Virus record (IMG/VR): IMGVR_UViG_3300030708_002923
Coordinates: 1-64,000 of that record
DNA from: a virus
Taxonomy: Duplodnaviria; Caudoviricetes
Strand: one strand, 5' to 3'
Length of the DNA: 64,000 nucleotides
Of this stretch, positions 16,145 to 24,311 are shown in pieces. The translations under genes and the position numbers were made by a program. The first letter of the stretch is position 1, and each line of letters begins with the position of its first letter. Below the pieces are notes generated by a model. That model did not search any database, was not told the DNA's origin, and was given only the letters and a program-made list of their open reading frames with translations.

Positions 16145-16378
16145 ATGATGATTCGATACCTAATCGTTGACACGGAAATAGACCCCAATGAAACAGGCTC
16201 TCAGGGCATGTCTGCGGCATTCGTTCGCAACAGCAAAGACAGAGTCATGCACACAACTAACATTGAAAAGGCTCGCCGATGGCGCGACAGTCGCAATGAC
16301 GGCATCGACGAGGGAGAGCCTGGTTTTTCGATTCTCGAAATAAACACAGAGACGGGCGCACAACGCCTTGTTTCATAA
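16145..16378 (+). CDS. Early hypothetical protein
   Basis: GGAG RBS. Confidence 0.55.
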   Translation: MMIRYLIVDTEIDPNETGSQGMSAAFVRNSKDRVMHTTNIEKARRWRDSRNDGIDEGEPGFSILEINTETGAQRLVS

Positions 16379-16395
16379 CAAACAACAGGAGGTGA

Positions 16396-16680
16396 ATGAT
16401 GAACATGCCAGAAGGATTGAAGTACTGGACCGCTGACGAGGTAGCCGAATGCCTTGATGGAATCGGGCCTGACCTATATCGCAAGCTGTGGGAGATTCTT
16501 GCTGAAGCCAAGAACCCTACACCACTTGGGGGCGACGGTTCCAATGGAACAGTCGAGACACCAGATGGTCGGCTGGACGAGGACAACGACGACAAGGCCC
16601 CACACTGGTGGGTCAAGCTTACGCCAGCCGAGCAGACAACTATCGCATCAGCATACATCGCTGAACGTGGAGGTGAGTGA
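16396..16680 (+). CDS. Early hypothetical protein
   Basis: Junction-bounded, ends GGE. Confidence 0.65.
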   Translation: MMNMPEGLKYWTADEVAECLDGIGPDLYRKLWEILAEAKNPTPLGGDGSNGTVETPDGRLDEDNDDKAPHWWVKLTPAEQTTIASAYIAERGGE

Positions 16681-17000
16681 TGCCTAAGTATACAGCAGGA
16701 CCATGGGAAGCGTCGGAAGGCTACCCCTCGGACATCTGGCACGTTGACATGCCGAGTCGAGGATATTCCGTCGTCGTATCCCGAGCAGAAGAAGATTGGG
16801 ACGTGGCTGTCGAGGAAGTGCAGGCCAACGCACACCTGATCGCGGCGGCACCTGAGTTGCTGGATGCTTTGATCATCACACTCGATCTCGCCGTGGGTCA
16901 CGCCTGTGACTCTCGGGGAATCACACCAGCAGAGTGCGCAGACTGGGAGTGGGTGAAGCAGGCTCGCAAACTCATCGCGAAAGCGAAAGGAGGTGAGTGA
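16680..17000 (+). CDS. Common phage protein (TxGPW..ANAxLIAAAPELL family)
   Basis: YTAGPW..ANAHLIAAAPELLDAL. Confidence 0.75.
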   Translation: MPKYTAGPWEASEGYPSDIWHVDMPSRGYSVVVSRAEEDWDVAVEEVQANAHLIAAAPELLDALIITLDLAVGHACDSRGITPAECADWEWVKQARKLIAKAKGGE

Positions 17001-17030
17001 TGCCGAGAAGATGGCAAGGAAGGTGAAGTA

Positions 17031-17207
17031 ATGGAAAACAATGAAGCAAACCGATTGAAGTTAGCCGAGGCCATTTGGGAAACGCTAAGTCTCGACGACT
17101 TACATGAGCAGTTCATCTTCCAAAGTCTCGAACGATACAAAACAGATCCCGACGCATTCGAGGAAGATTGTGCGGCCATGGATCTCGACAATGATGGAGG
17201 TGAGTGA
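17031..17207 (+). CDS. 58-aa acidic protein (not in ORF track)
   Basis: MENNEANRLKLAEAIWETLSLDDL..DLDNDGGE, ends in the junction motif. Confidence 0.6.
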   Translation: MENNEANRLKLAEAIWETLSLDDLHEQFIFQSLERYKTDPDAFEEDCAAMDLDNDGGE

Positions 17208-17695
17208 TGGGTAGATGGCAAGGACCAGAACACCAATACTCAGAGGCTCGACGCGCCTACGAACAACGTGAAGAATATCGCTATGAGCGATGGAAGGAAA
17301 GGAATCCAGAATGTCATAAGTGCGGAGAGCGTGAGCACGAAGACAAGATGACCGACATGTATGGGGATGACTGGTGTACTCATTGTGTCAGTGAGCACGC
17401 ATTCGAGTGTGACGTGTGCGGCAAGACACACGCTAACGAGTACCTGACCGACGTAGACTTAACGATGGGCGAGTACGTATGCGACGAGTGCGACGAGAAG
17501 TGTGCAGCCGACAAGACGCGCCATCATGCTCCAGTAGAGATCCCGATCGGTCACATGGAATATGTACTATGGACTATGGAGAACGCTGCGAAGGACGAAC
17601 CATATGAAGGTACTCAACCGGGCAACGCAAAGAAATGGTTGAGAGAAAGCATTGACCGGATCAAACAATCAATGCCCAAAGAGGACGGTGAGTGA
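17207..17695 (+). CDS. Multi-CxxC zinc-binding protein
   Basis: CHKC, CTHC, CDVC, CDEC. Confidence 0.7.
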   Translation: MGRWQGPEHQYSEARRAYEQREEYRYERWKERNPECHKCGEREHEDKMTDMYGDDWCTHCVSEHAFECDVCGKTHANEYLTDVDLTMGEYVCDECDEKCAADKTRHHAPVEIPIGHMEYVLWTMENAAKDEPYEGTQPGNAKKWLRESIDRIKQSMPKEDGE

Positions 17696-17913
17696 TGCAA
17701 CGGTTCGATGAAGTGATGGTCCGGCGAAGTGTCGGGTGGGGCTCCGGTTGGGAGTATGAATACGGCTACGTAAAGTTTCTATACTCAGAGACGCCTTGGG
17801 TGAGGGTGAGAGTTTTCAAGAGCAAGCGTTTTGGACCCTCATCTTCGACGTTCCATGTCGATAGTGTATTTCCTATCTACGGTCCTATTCAAGCGCATGC
17901 AGGAGGTGAGTGA
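17695..17913 (+). CDS. Early hypothetical protein
   Basis: Junction-bounded, ends GGE. Confidence 0.6.
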   Translation: MQRFDEVMVRRSVGWGSGWEYEYGYVKFLYSETPWVRVRVFKSKRFGPSSSTFHVDSVFPIYGPIQAHAGGE

Positions 17914-18401
17914 TGAACATATTCGTTTTACACCCTATGCCTGACTTGGCTGCGCGTATGCAGTGTGACCGGCATGTAGTCAAGATGACCCTTGAGACTG
18001 CACAGATGCTCTCTACGGCCATCAATGAGTTGGGTGGGCAGGCATCCTACAAGTCTGCCCACGTCAACCATCCGTGCTCTGTGTGGGCACGGGAAACGCT
18101 CGGCAACTTCGTATGGTTGTGGGAGCACGGAATCAACCTCGCCCAAGAGTACACCGCAAGGTACGGGAAGGTACACAAGTCGGAAGTAGTCATCCGTGAC
18201 TGCTACCACACAATGATGCAACGTCAGCTACTCAAGAGCCGAAGGCTGACACCACACCCACTGTGTATGCCTGACGAGTACAAAACAGACTGTGTGTATG
18301 AATCGTATCGAAACTTCTACATAGGTGAGAAGTCACGATTCGCACGATGGAACAAAACAACTGAGTCACCGTCATGGTGGCCGCAACAAACAAGGACATG
18401 A
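17913..18401 (+). CDS. Pyrimidine-dimer DNA glycosylase-like protein (Pyr_excise/DenV superfamily)
   Basis: MNIFVL..CDRHVVKM.LETAQMLST..YK.AH.NHPCSVWAR..EYTARYGKVHKS..MPDEYK..YRNFY. Confidence 0.75.
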   Translation: MNIFVLHPMPDLAARMQCDRHVVKMTLETAQMLSTAINELGGQASYKSAHVNHPCSVWARETLGNFVWLWEHGINLAQEYTARYGKVHKSEVVIRDCYHTMMQRQLLKSRRLTPHPLCMPDEYKTDCVYESYRNFYIGEKSRFARWNKTTESPSWWPQQTRT

Positions 18402-18404
18402 GTG

Positions 18405-18665
18405 ATGATTATCTATGTACTGGACGACGGAGAGACGTGGACCCTGAGTGAGCCCACGGCGGTAACGATCACGGATGAGCAACTGACGCGCATTGAAGGC
18501 GGTGAGAAGTTGTACCACGTCGTACCCGATTGGGATGAGCAACAGGGTGACGATGCCGATGACTTTTTCATTCGGGCTGGCATCGCTGCCCGAGAAGCAC
18601 TGAAGGAAATCAAGAGAGACTACACAAACAGCATCGTAGATGCTCAGAACCAGGGAGATGAGTAA
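18405..18665 (+). CDS. Early hypothetical protein
   Basis: Variant junction at both ends. Confidence 0.6.
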   Translation: MIIYVLDDGETWTLSEPTAVTITDEQLTRIEGGEKLYHVVPDWDEQQGDDADDFFIRAGIAAREALKEIKRDYTNSIVDAQNQGDE

Positions 18666-19036
18666 TGCCCTATAAATATGTATGGCCAGAGGAAGCATTC
18701 GAGGTACGCATCCAGTGTACTGAGGAACAAATACAACAGCATTGTGATGCGGCGCCTGAGAACGACCGTCGAGACTTCGATGATCGTGGTGGGCTTCAGA
18801 TACCGGTGTACCATGTATACAAAAACGATTCGATTGATGAGCGTTTGACTTATTGGTATACGCTCGACAAAAACGAGTGCGATACCTACGAGTTTGATGT
18901 TCGCGATATTCCGACATGGTGGAACTGTTCTTCAGAAAGTCCAGAGAATCATCAAGACTGCATCCAAGAAGCATTGAACGATGGCGTCATTGAGTTTGAT
19001 GGATTGCTACTGAAGATACACAAGATGGCTGAGTGA
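18665..19036 (+). CDS. Early hypothetical protein
   Basis: TAATG coupled. Confidence 0.65.
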   Translation: MPYKYVWPEEAFEVRIQCTEEQIQQHCDAAPENDRRDFDDRGGLQIPVYHVYKNDSIDERLTYWYTLDKNECDTYEFDVRDIPTWWNCSSESPENHQDCIQEALNDGVIEFDGLLLKIHKMAE

Positions 19037-19112
19037 TCCCCATGTCGGACCTATTGTCCTGGCTCCGTACTCTCTAATGAGGCACTATCGCTTCACCAAC
19101 ACAGGAACCCAA

Positions 19113-19337
19113 ATGACTGACGATGAACGAATAGCACTGATCAACGACACAACAACCAGTGACTCTCTAAACTACGCGCTGATACGGGCCGAACGAAACT
19201 CACTAGACCACAGCGCGACAATCTACGACAACTACCCTGTCGGTGCCACCAACATCACAGCCACCGACTGGCAACGCCACTGGACTGAGTCTGATGAAAT
19301 GTTCGATATGATGTGGAACGGTACAACGAACACTTAA
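19113..19337 (+). CDS. Early hypothetical protein
   Basis: ACACAGGA leader; start uncertain. Confidence 0.5.
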   Translation: MTDDERIALINDTTTSDSLNYALIRAERNSLDHSATIYDNYPVGATNITATDWQRHWTESDEMFDMMWNGTTNT

Positions 19338-19527
19338 CAACATTCAACCGAGTGACGTCGAGGACGCTCCACAACACTCATCGCGAGGTGCATCATGTTC
19401 TAAGTCATAGTGCCGGTAAGGGTGAGGGGCCTGGATTACTCACCCAAGTAGACCTTTTATTGTGACCCATGTCCAAACGGAACCAAGCGCCGGTTCTGTC
19501 CACCGAGCCTACAACACAGGAGTATGT

Positions 19528-19740
19528 ATGACTCGCTTACCAAACAGATCAGCCTTTCCAAGTTTCGACTTGGCCCTTGGCCCGCACGACCCCTCCAAAC
19601 TTCAGCACCGTCACCCGTTTACAGAGTGGGTGAAGCCGGTGCCAGAGACAATCCCCCCAATGAATGAACCACAACAAAGTGAATGGATTCGCCTGAACGA
19701 TAGCGTGGTTCGCAGAGCAAACACAGGAGAGCAAAAATGA
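19528..19740 (+). CDS. Early hypothetical protein
   Basis: AACACAGGAG RBS. Confidence 0.5.
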   Translation: MTRLPNRSAFPSFDLALGPHDPSKLQHRHPFTEWVKPVPETIPPMNEPQQSEWIRLNDSVVRRANTGEQK

Positions 19741-19937
19741 CTGAGCAAGAAATCAAACAACTAAAGAGCATGCGGAGACTATTAGAGCAGTGGTCTAAAC
19801 CACAACCCACGGTTGCGATCGGCAACGCAGAGAACGTTCAATCGTTCCCTGAAGAATCTCGTATTGCGTTTCAGCAGCAGCTTGAAGCAATCAACAAGGT
19901 TCTCGAAAGGGCAGAGGCAGAGGACAGCCAAGCATGA
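19737..19937 (+). CDS. Early hypothetical protein
   Basis: AACACAGGAG RBS, ATGA coupling. Confidence 0.6.
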   Translation: MTEQEIKQLKSMRRLLEQWSKPQPTVAIGNAENVQSFPEESRIAFQQQLEAINKVLERAEAEDSQA

Positions 19938-20146
19938 CACCAAGCAAAGAGACACCCATTGGAACACCACTGAAGTCTACCGTGAAGGGATGGGGTAAAG
20001 GTCCATTCGTTTACATGGGCAACGGCAGAGGCGGACAGACAATCATAGTCGCAACGAAGAAGGATGGATTGCAGCAAGCGCGCGCATCTGACTTCTCCAT
20101 CGATTCGATTGCCGCCAAAGCCATTGGTGACTTTATTATCAAGTAG
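19934..20146 (+). CDS. Early hypothetical protein
   Basis: ATGA coupling. Confidence 0.6.
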   Translation: MTPSKETPIGTPLKSTVKGWGKGPFVYMGNGRGGQTIIVATKKDGLQQARASDFSIDSIAAKAIGDFIIK

Positions 20147-20149
20147 CGG

Positions 20150-20178
20150 TTGACTATGGCTTTACTTGCCTGTAAGGT
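20150..20178 (+). promoter_or_regulatory. Possible sigma70-type promoter
   Basis: TTGACT-N17-TAAGGT. Confidence 0.45.
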
Positions 20179-20213
20179 CATACCTACCCTACCTCAACAC
20201 ACTGGAGCAGAAG

Positions 20214-20513
20214 ATGAACAAAGCAGAGCAGTTTAGATTACCGGTGAGCCCGCGCAACATTTCAGTTGAGTTGGTTCGAGAGGTTGAAGACGAAGATACA
20301 GGCGAGGTTGTCGCGGAACACATCATCGAGGTATTTGGTCGGTTCCTTCCTGCGGAGCCCAATGTGGGTCTTGGTCCCCACATTGAGGTTCTGTCAGCGC
20401 ACCGACAAGACAGGGACGTTCGCGTTCCTGTAGAGTTAGAAGATTGGGAGGTTGACACGTTGCTCGACCTTTATCAAGAGCAGTTGCGGACAGAACTTGA
20501 CCGTGACATTTGA
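20214..20513 (+). CDS. Early hypothetical acidic protein
   Basis: CACTGGAGCA RBS. Confidence 0.65.
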   Translation: MNKAEQFRLPVSPRNISVELVREVEDEDTGEVVAEHIIEVFGRFLPAEPNVGLGPHIEVLSAHRQDRDVRVPVELEDWEVDTLLDLYQEQLRTELDRDI

Positions 20514-20550
20514 TTTTTTATGGCATACTTGACGAACACAGGAGAACAAA

Positions 20551-20838
20551 ATGAGCACCAATCAATGTAATAAATGCTACAACCCCATCGGAAACAACAT
20601 CACAGCCCTTCACAACATTCAAGTGATGAAGGCCGTCATGCAAGATTCGATGGTGCGTGCGGACGAGGCCGAGGACAGCGCGCATAAGGTGATGATTCTG
20701 GAATCAACAATCAACCACATTTTAGAAAACATCGAGAGAGATTTTGGTGAAGCGTGGTCGATTCATAAACAACAAATGAAGGAGTTGATGGAGTCTCTGA
20801 GAGATCAGGGAATCATCAGCGATGTAGGAGGTGAGTGA
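20551..20838 (+). CDS. Early hypothetical protein
   Basis: ACACAGGAG RBS; ends GGE. Confidence 0.65.
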   Translation: MSTNQCNKCYNPIGNNITALHNIQVMKAVMQDSMVRADEAEDSAHKVMILESTINHILENIERDFGEAWSIHKQQMKELMESLRDQGIISDVGGE

Positions 20839-21242
20839 TGTTTGTTTTCAACGATGGTGGTAGAGCAGACGCAGGATTCAAGGGGACGACCGGAGATTGT
20901 GCCGTTCGCGCCATGGCGATTGCTCTTGATCTTTCCTACGCTGACGTGTACCGCGAGTTGGCCCAAGCCAACAAAGACGCAGGCCGCAAGAAGTCAGTGA
21001 GGCGAGGCGTGATGAAAGAGGTATACAGCACGGTACTTTCAAAGTACGGATGGGAGTGGCGCTCTGCACCGAAGTTCGACGGACGCAAGGCACGGTATAA
21101 TGACCTACCCAATGGCAAGTGTATCGCTCGCATGGCGGGTCACTACGCAGCGGTCATCGACGGTAATCTACACGACTCGTGGAACTCTGGACGCAAGATG
21201 GTGTACGGCTACTGGGTCAAGGCAACCGAAGGAGGTGAGTGA
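20838..21242 (+). CDS. Putative papain-fold (C39-like) cysteine peptidase-type phage protein
   Basis: GDCAVRAMAIA..GHYAAVIDG..HD, a candidate Cys-His-Asp triad. Confidence 0.5.
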   Translation: MFVFNDGGRADAGFKGTTGDCAVRAMAIALDLSYADVYRELAQANKDAGRKKSVRRGVMKEVYSTVLSKYGWEWRSAPKFDGRKARYNDLPNGKCIARMAGHYAAVIDGNLHDSWNSGRKMVYGYWVKATEGGE

Positions 21243-21251
21243 CAATCACAC

Positions 21252-21280
21252 TTGACACACTTGGACCAACCAAGTAATGT
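21252..21280 (+). promoter_or_regulatory. sigma70-type promoter
   Basis: TTGACA-N17-TAATGT. Confidence 0.55.
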
Positions 21281-21304
21281 ACTCAAACCATACAGGAGAA
21301 TGTA

Positions 21305-21589
21305 ATGAGTAACAACGTTACGAAACTTAGAAAGCGTAAAGCAAACCAGAAAAGAGAATGGTCATGGCCGTCATTCATATCGGCATGGCAAGAGTCAGAG
21401 TCATACGAAGATGTATTAGAGCAGCTTGGCTTTGAAGATACACCACAAGAGCGCAGCTTCATTGGTGGCAAGGCTTCATACGCAAGAAAAAAGGGCGTGC
21501 CCTTGAAAAAGTTCAAGCGTAAGCGCAGAGGATCTAAAATCGATTGGAACGGACTTGCGGACTTAGCAAAGTCAAAGAGTGAATCGTGA
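21305..21589 (+). CDS. Basic hypothetical protein, possibly DNA-binding
   Basis: Lys/Arg-rich, KGVPLKKF..IDWNGL. Confidence 0.65.
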   Translation: MSNNVTKLRKRKANQKREWSWPSFISAWQESESYEDVLEQLGFEDTPQERSFIGGKASYARKKGVPLKKFKRKRRGSKIDWNGLADLAKSKSES

Positions 21590-21712
21590 TTGAATATACA
21601 GAGGTCCTCTCTTTTATAAGAAACGCAAACCACATATTTTGGGCCGTGAGCCTTAATAGAGCGATTGGCAAACTTAACAATCGTTGGTACACAAATCGAT
21701 TGGAGGTAGTAA

Positions 21713-22216
21713 ATGTCAAACATTGAAGACGCAGAGGGGTCATACAAAGTCTTCCTGGCGATCAAAAGCGATTCAGACCTGAATGAAAAGTTTCGCTGCA
21801 CTCGTGACGGAGTCATGTACTACAGCGGCAAAAAGATGACAGAACCTGACTTCTCACAAGTGTCAGTCTACTTGGCACAAAAGTGGAAAGTAGTGTGCTC
21901 GAAGGAAGAGTTGAAGTCTGGCATCATGGCAGCGTCTAAGCGCATCGAGCCTCAACTTATCTACGGAACAAACTTGGCCGAAGACTTCAGACTGAAGGTC
22001 AAAGAGTTCTTAGAGCACAACCCGCCATCGTGCCACAGGTATGACATTACAACTGATGTAGTGGCTGAGTACGTTGATCCTGATGGATGGCAAGAGCAGA
22101 GGCGACTGACAGAAATGAAAGTAGCAAAAGCCCTAAAAGAGCAAGGGCTTCAAAAAGTGCGGGTAACGCACAAGGGAGAAAGAAAAATGCGTTGGTTCCC
22201 GATCACGGGATCGTAA
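21713..22216 (+). CDS. VapE-like protein lacking the ATPase core (N-domain plus C-terminal winged-helix-like part)
   Basis: C-terminus RRLTEMKVAKALKEQGLQKVRVTHKGERKMRW aligns by eye with RRDEMRISEILRELNYEKKRMMLGGKRKYVW of 24304..25638. Confidence 0.55.
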   Translation: MSNIEDAEGSYKVFLAIKSDSDLNEKFRCTRDGVMYYSGKKMTEPDFSQVSVYLAQKWKVVCSKEELKSGIMAASKRIEPQLIYGTNLAEDFRLKVKEFLEHNPPSCHRYDITTDVVAEYVDPDGWQEQRRLTEMKVAKALKEQGLQKVRVTHKGERKMRWFPITGS

Positions 22217-22239
22217 TCATAAACAAACAGGAGAGTGCT

Positions 22240-22734
22240 GTGGAACTCACATCACAAGAAATAATCGCCCTTACGAAGGCGTTCAACACGAAAGCAGTCT
22301 CGATTGCAAAACGGGACATCGACAACAACTCTGAGATTGACGTGAACCTTATCGTCAAGATCGCTGGTAAACTCAAGCGAGGCCAAGAGTCTAAGCCAGT
22401 CAAAGCTACCTCCACAATCCCGTGGAAAGTGGCCCTGGCTCTCTTTGCCAAGCGCTCTGGGTTCACCCGTGAGCAAACTGCAAAGGTGCTGCTTGAGGCG
22501 GTTACCTTCGCACTCGAAACCAACTCCGACAAGAAGACTGAACTTCTTGAAGAAATGGGAGTTGGGGATGCCCTGGCCATGCTGGACCGAGAGGTCTTTG
22601 ACAAGCTGCCCAAGAAGACCCGTGATGGAAACATCACCTTCGAGGTGGCAATGGTCGAGGCTGTTCGAGAGCCAATGTTGGTGGCTGACCAAGACACTTT
22701 AACCCTTGGGGAAGGGGAAGAGGTGGCGAAGTAA
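22240..22734 (+). CDS. Hypothetical protein
   Basis: AAACAAACAGGAGAG RBS then GTG start. Confidence 0.7.
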   Translation: MELTSQEIIALTKAFNTKAVSIAKRDIDNNSEIDVNLIVKIAGKLKRGQESKPVKATSTIPWKVALALFAKRSGFTREQTAKVLLEAVTFALETNSDKKTELLEEMGVGDALAMLDREVFDKLPKKTRDGNITFEVAMVEAVREPMLVADQDTLTLGEGEEVAK

Positions 22735-22740
22735 GTCGCC

Positions 22741-22778
22741 GGGGTCACCGTTTCAGCGGGGCGGTGACCCCACTTTTC
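22741..22778 (+). terminator. Intrinsic terminator
   Basis: GGGGTCACCG/CGGTGACCCC 10-bp stem plus ACTTTTC. Confidence 0.65.
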
Positions 22779-22781
22779 ATT

Positions 22782-23120
22782 ATGGAAAAATCAGATCAAA
22801 TCGAAGATTACGAACGTATCGACACATTCCAACTTGTGTTTCAGATGACTCAATCAATGGGTGGACTACAGAAAGGTAAGCACTCAAAGATGGCCTACAT
22901 CTACGGCACAAGCCGTTCCCGGCTACGCAGCATCCTAAACCGTGAGGCAAAGGCACCAACACTGGATACCGTTGTTTCATGGATGCACAGAGTGTACCGG
23001 CTGACCGGAATGAAGGTCGTGCTGACCATCACACCTGATCTTAAAATGCACTACAGCATCTTGAGTCAGAACCAAGAACGTATCGACGGAATGATCGTTC
23101 CCCCGAAAAACAGTTTGTAG
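22782..23120 (+). CDS. XRE-like HTH protein
   Basis: SKMAYIYGTSRSRLRSILNREAKAPTLDTV. Confidence 0.55.
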   Translation: MEKSDQIEDYERIDTFQLVFQMTQSMGGLQKGKHSKMAYIYGTSRSRLRSILNREAKAPTLDTVVSWMHRVYRLTGMKVVLTITPDLKMHYSILSQNQERIDGMIVPPKNSL

Positions 23121-23151
23121 AAAGTCATACGACCGACTACAGCACAATGCC

Positions 23152-23243
23152 CTTTGGGGATTGATCCCCCCAAAAGTGGGGCTCCTGACTGAGCCCACCG
23201 GGTATCCGGTGGCGCTCTTTCGGGCTCCCCGTCAGGAGTTACC
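23152..23243 (+). promoter_or_regulatory. Structured 5' leader that sequesters the primase RBS
   Basis: CTCCTGAC 23182-23189 pairs with GTCAGGAG 23231-23238; inner GAGCCC/GGGCTC and CCACCGG/CCGGTGG. Confidence 0.6.
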
Positions 23244-24311
23244 ATGTGGATACAAAGCGCTAAAAACGCACGCATTACTACCGTCGCGTCCGACCTTGAA
23301 TACAGTCGAGGCAACGGTCAATCCATCTTTCCATGCCCATCGTGCGGCATGCTTGAAAGGGGATCAAACGATAAAAAGCGTGGCCCTATCGGATTTGGTC
23401 GAAGTGAAATGGCCTGGACTTGCTACAAATGTGGAGCAAAGGGCGACGTAGTAGACTTTGTATCCCAACACTTTTTTCAACAACCGTTGAGAAATCTGGA
23501 CAAAAATCAACGCTCTGTTGTTCGCGATTGGTTTGCCGAGCAAGGCTACTGCACGCCATCGGGAGTTCCAGCACACGTGCAACCAGACCCAAGCAAAAGG
23601 CCGGTTGTTACGCCCGCACCGACTCAAGGGTACGTAAGACCTCCGCAACAAGAACTGAACGATCTTTGGCAACACACTACGACCATAGAATCTGCACTTG
23701 AACAGCCAGCAAGCTTTGCGGAGCAACTGAGCAAGTGGATGATCAATAGAAGATTTTCACCAAAGGTTTTGGACAGCACATCATGTGTTCGCGTTCTACC
23801 TCTTCCCAATGAATACAAATATCCTGAATGGTTTCCGCATCAGTGGGGCGGCATCTATCGAGTAGCAGCACCGTGTTTTGAGCCTGATGGTACATTCGCC
23901 AGTATTCATTGCCGCAGCGTATCATACGCAAAGGGTCGCCAGCCTGCTGGATCAAAGACAAGATGGCCAACCGGGTACGAAGCCGGTGGATTGTTGATGG
24001 CAAACACATATGCTCAACAGATCATGCGTCAACACCTGAACGATTCAATTCAAGGGTTTTTGATTTGCGAAGGTATCACCGACTTTATGAGAGCATGTGA
24101 GCAAGCGCACCGTGAAGATTTGAGGCTCGCTATCGTTGCCGGAACATCGGGTAGCTACAAGTCCCTTGCTAAGATTCCAATACCCCCTAAAATGAAAATA
24201 TATATCGCTACTGATTCAGACGACTCTGGTGATGATTACGCATCAATCATCTGCGATCAGCTTCCCCAACACACCCTATACAGAGTACCCCTGGAGTTAA
24301 ACGATGGCTGA
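23244..24311 (+). CDS. DNA primase (N-terminal zinc finger, C-terminal TOPRIM)
   Basis: CPSC..WTCYKCGAKGDVVDF; ICEGITDF..IATDSDDSGD. Confidence 0.8.
   Translation: MWIQSAKNARITTVASDLEYSRGNGQSIFPCPSCGMLERGSNDKKRGPIGFGRSEMAWTCYKCGAKGDVVDFVSQHFFQQPLRNLDKNQRSVVRDWFAEQGYCTPSGVPAHVQPDPSKRPVVTPAPTQGYVRPPQQELNDLWQHTTTIESALEQPASFAEQLSKWMINRRFSPKVLDSTSCVRVLPLPNEYKYPEWFPHQWGGIYRVAAPCFEPDGTFASIHCRSVSYAKGRQPAGSKTRWPTGYEAGGLLMANTYAQQIMRQHLNDSIQGFLICEGITDFMRACEQAHREDLRLAIVAGTSGSYKSLAKIPIPPKMKIYIATDSDDSGDDYASIICDQLPQHTLYRVPLELNDG

Larger units (their letters stand above)
14400..21242 (+). repeat. Repeated RBS-stop-start junction GGAGGTGAGTGATG
   Basis: Exact at 14400, 16669, 16989, 17196, 17902 and 20827; variants at 14609, 16388, 17687, 18398, 18654 and 21231; makes many proteins end in GGE/DGE/GDE. 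Confidence 0.9.

Noticed and set aside
19337-19527. tRNA or small RNA in the intergenic gap (GGGTGAG/CTCACCC hairpin)
   Set aside because: No cloverleaf, T-loop or CCA; only one or two short stems
10535-21242. Integron with attC sites
   Set aside because: No integron integrase, and the repeats lack the RYYYAAC/GTTRRRY boxes and attC length
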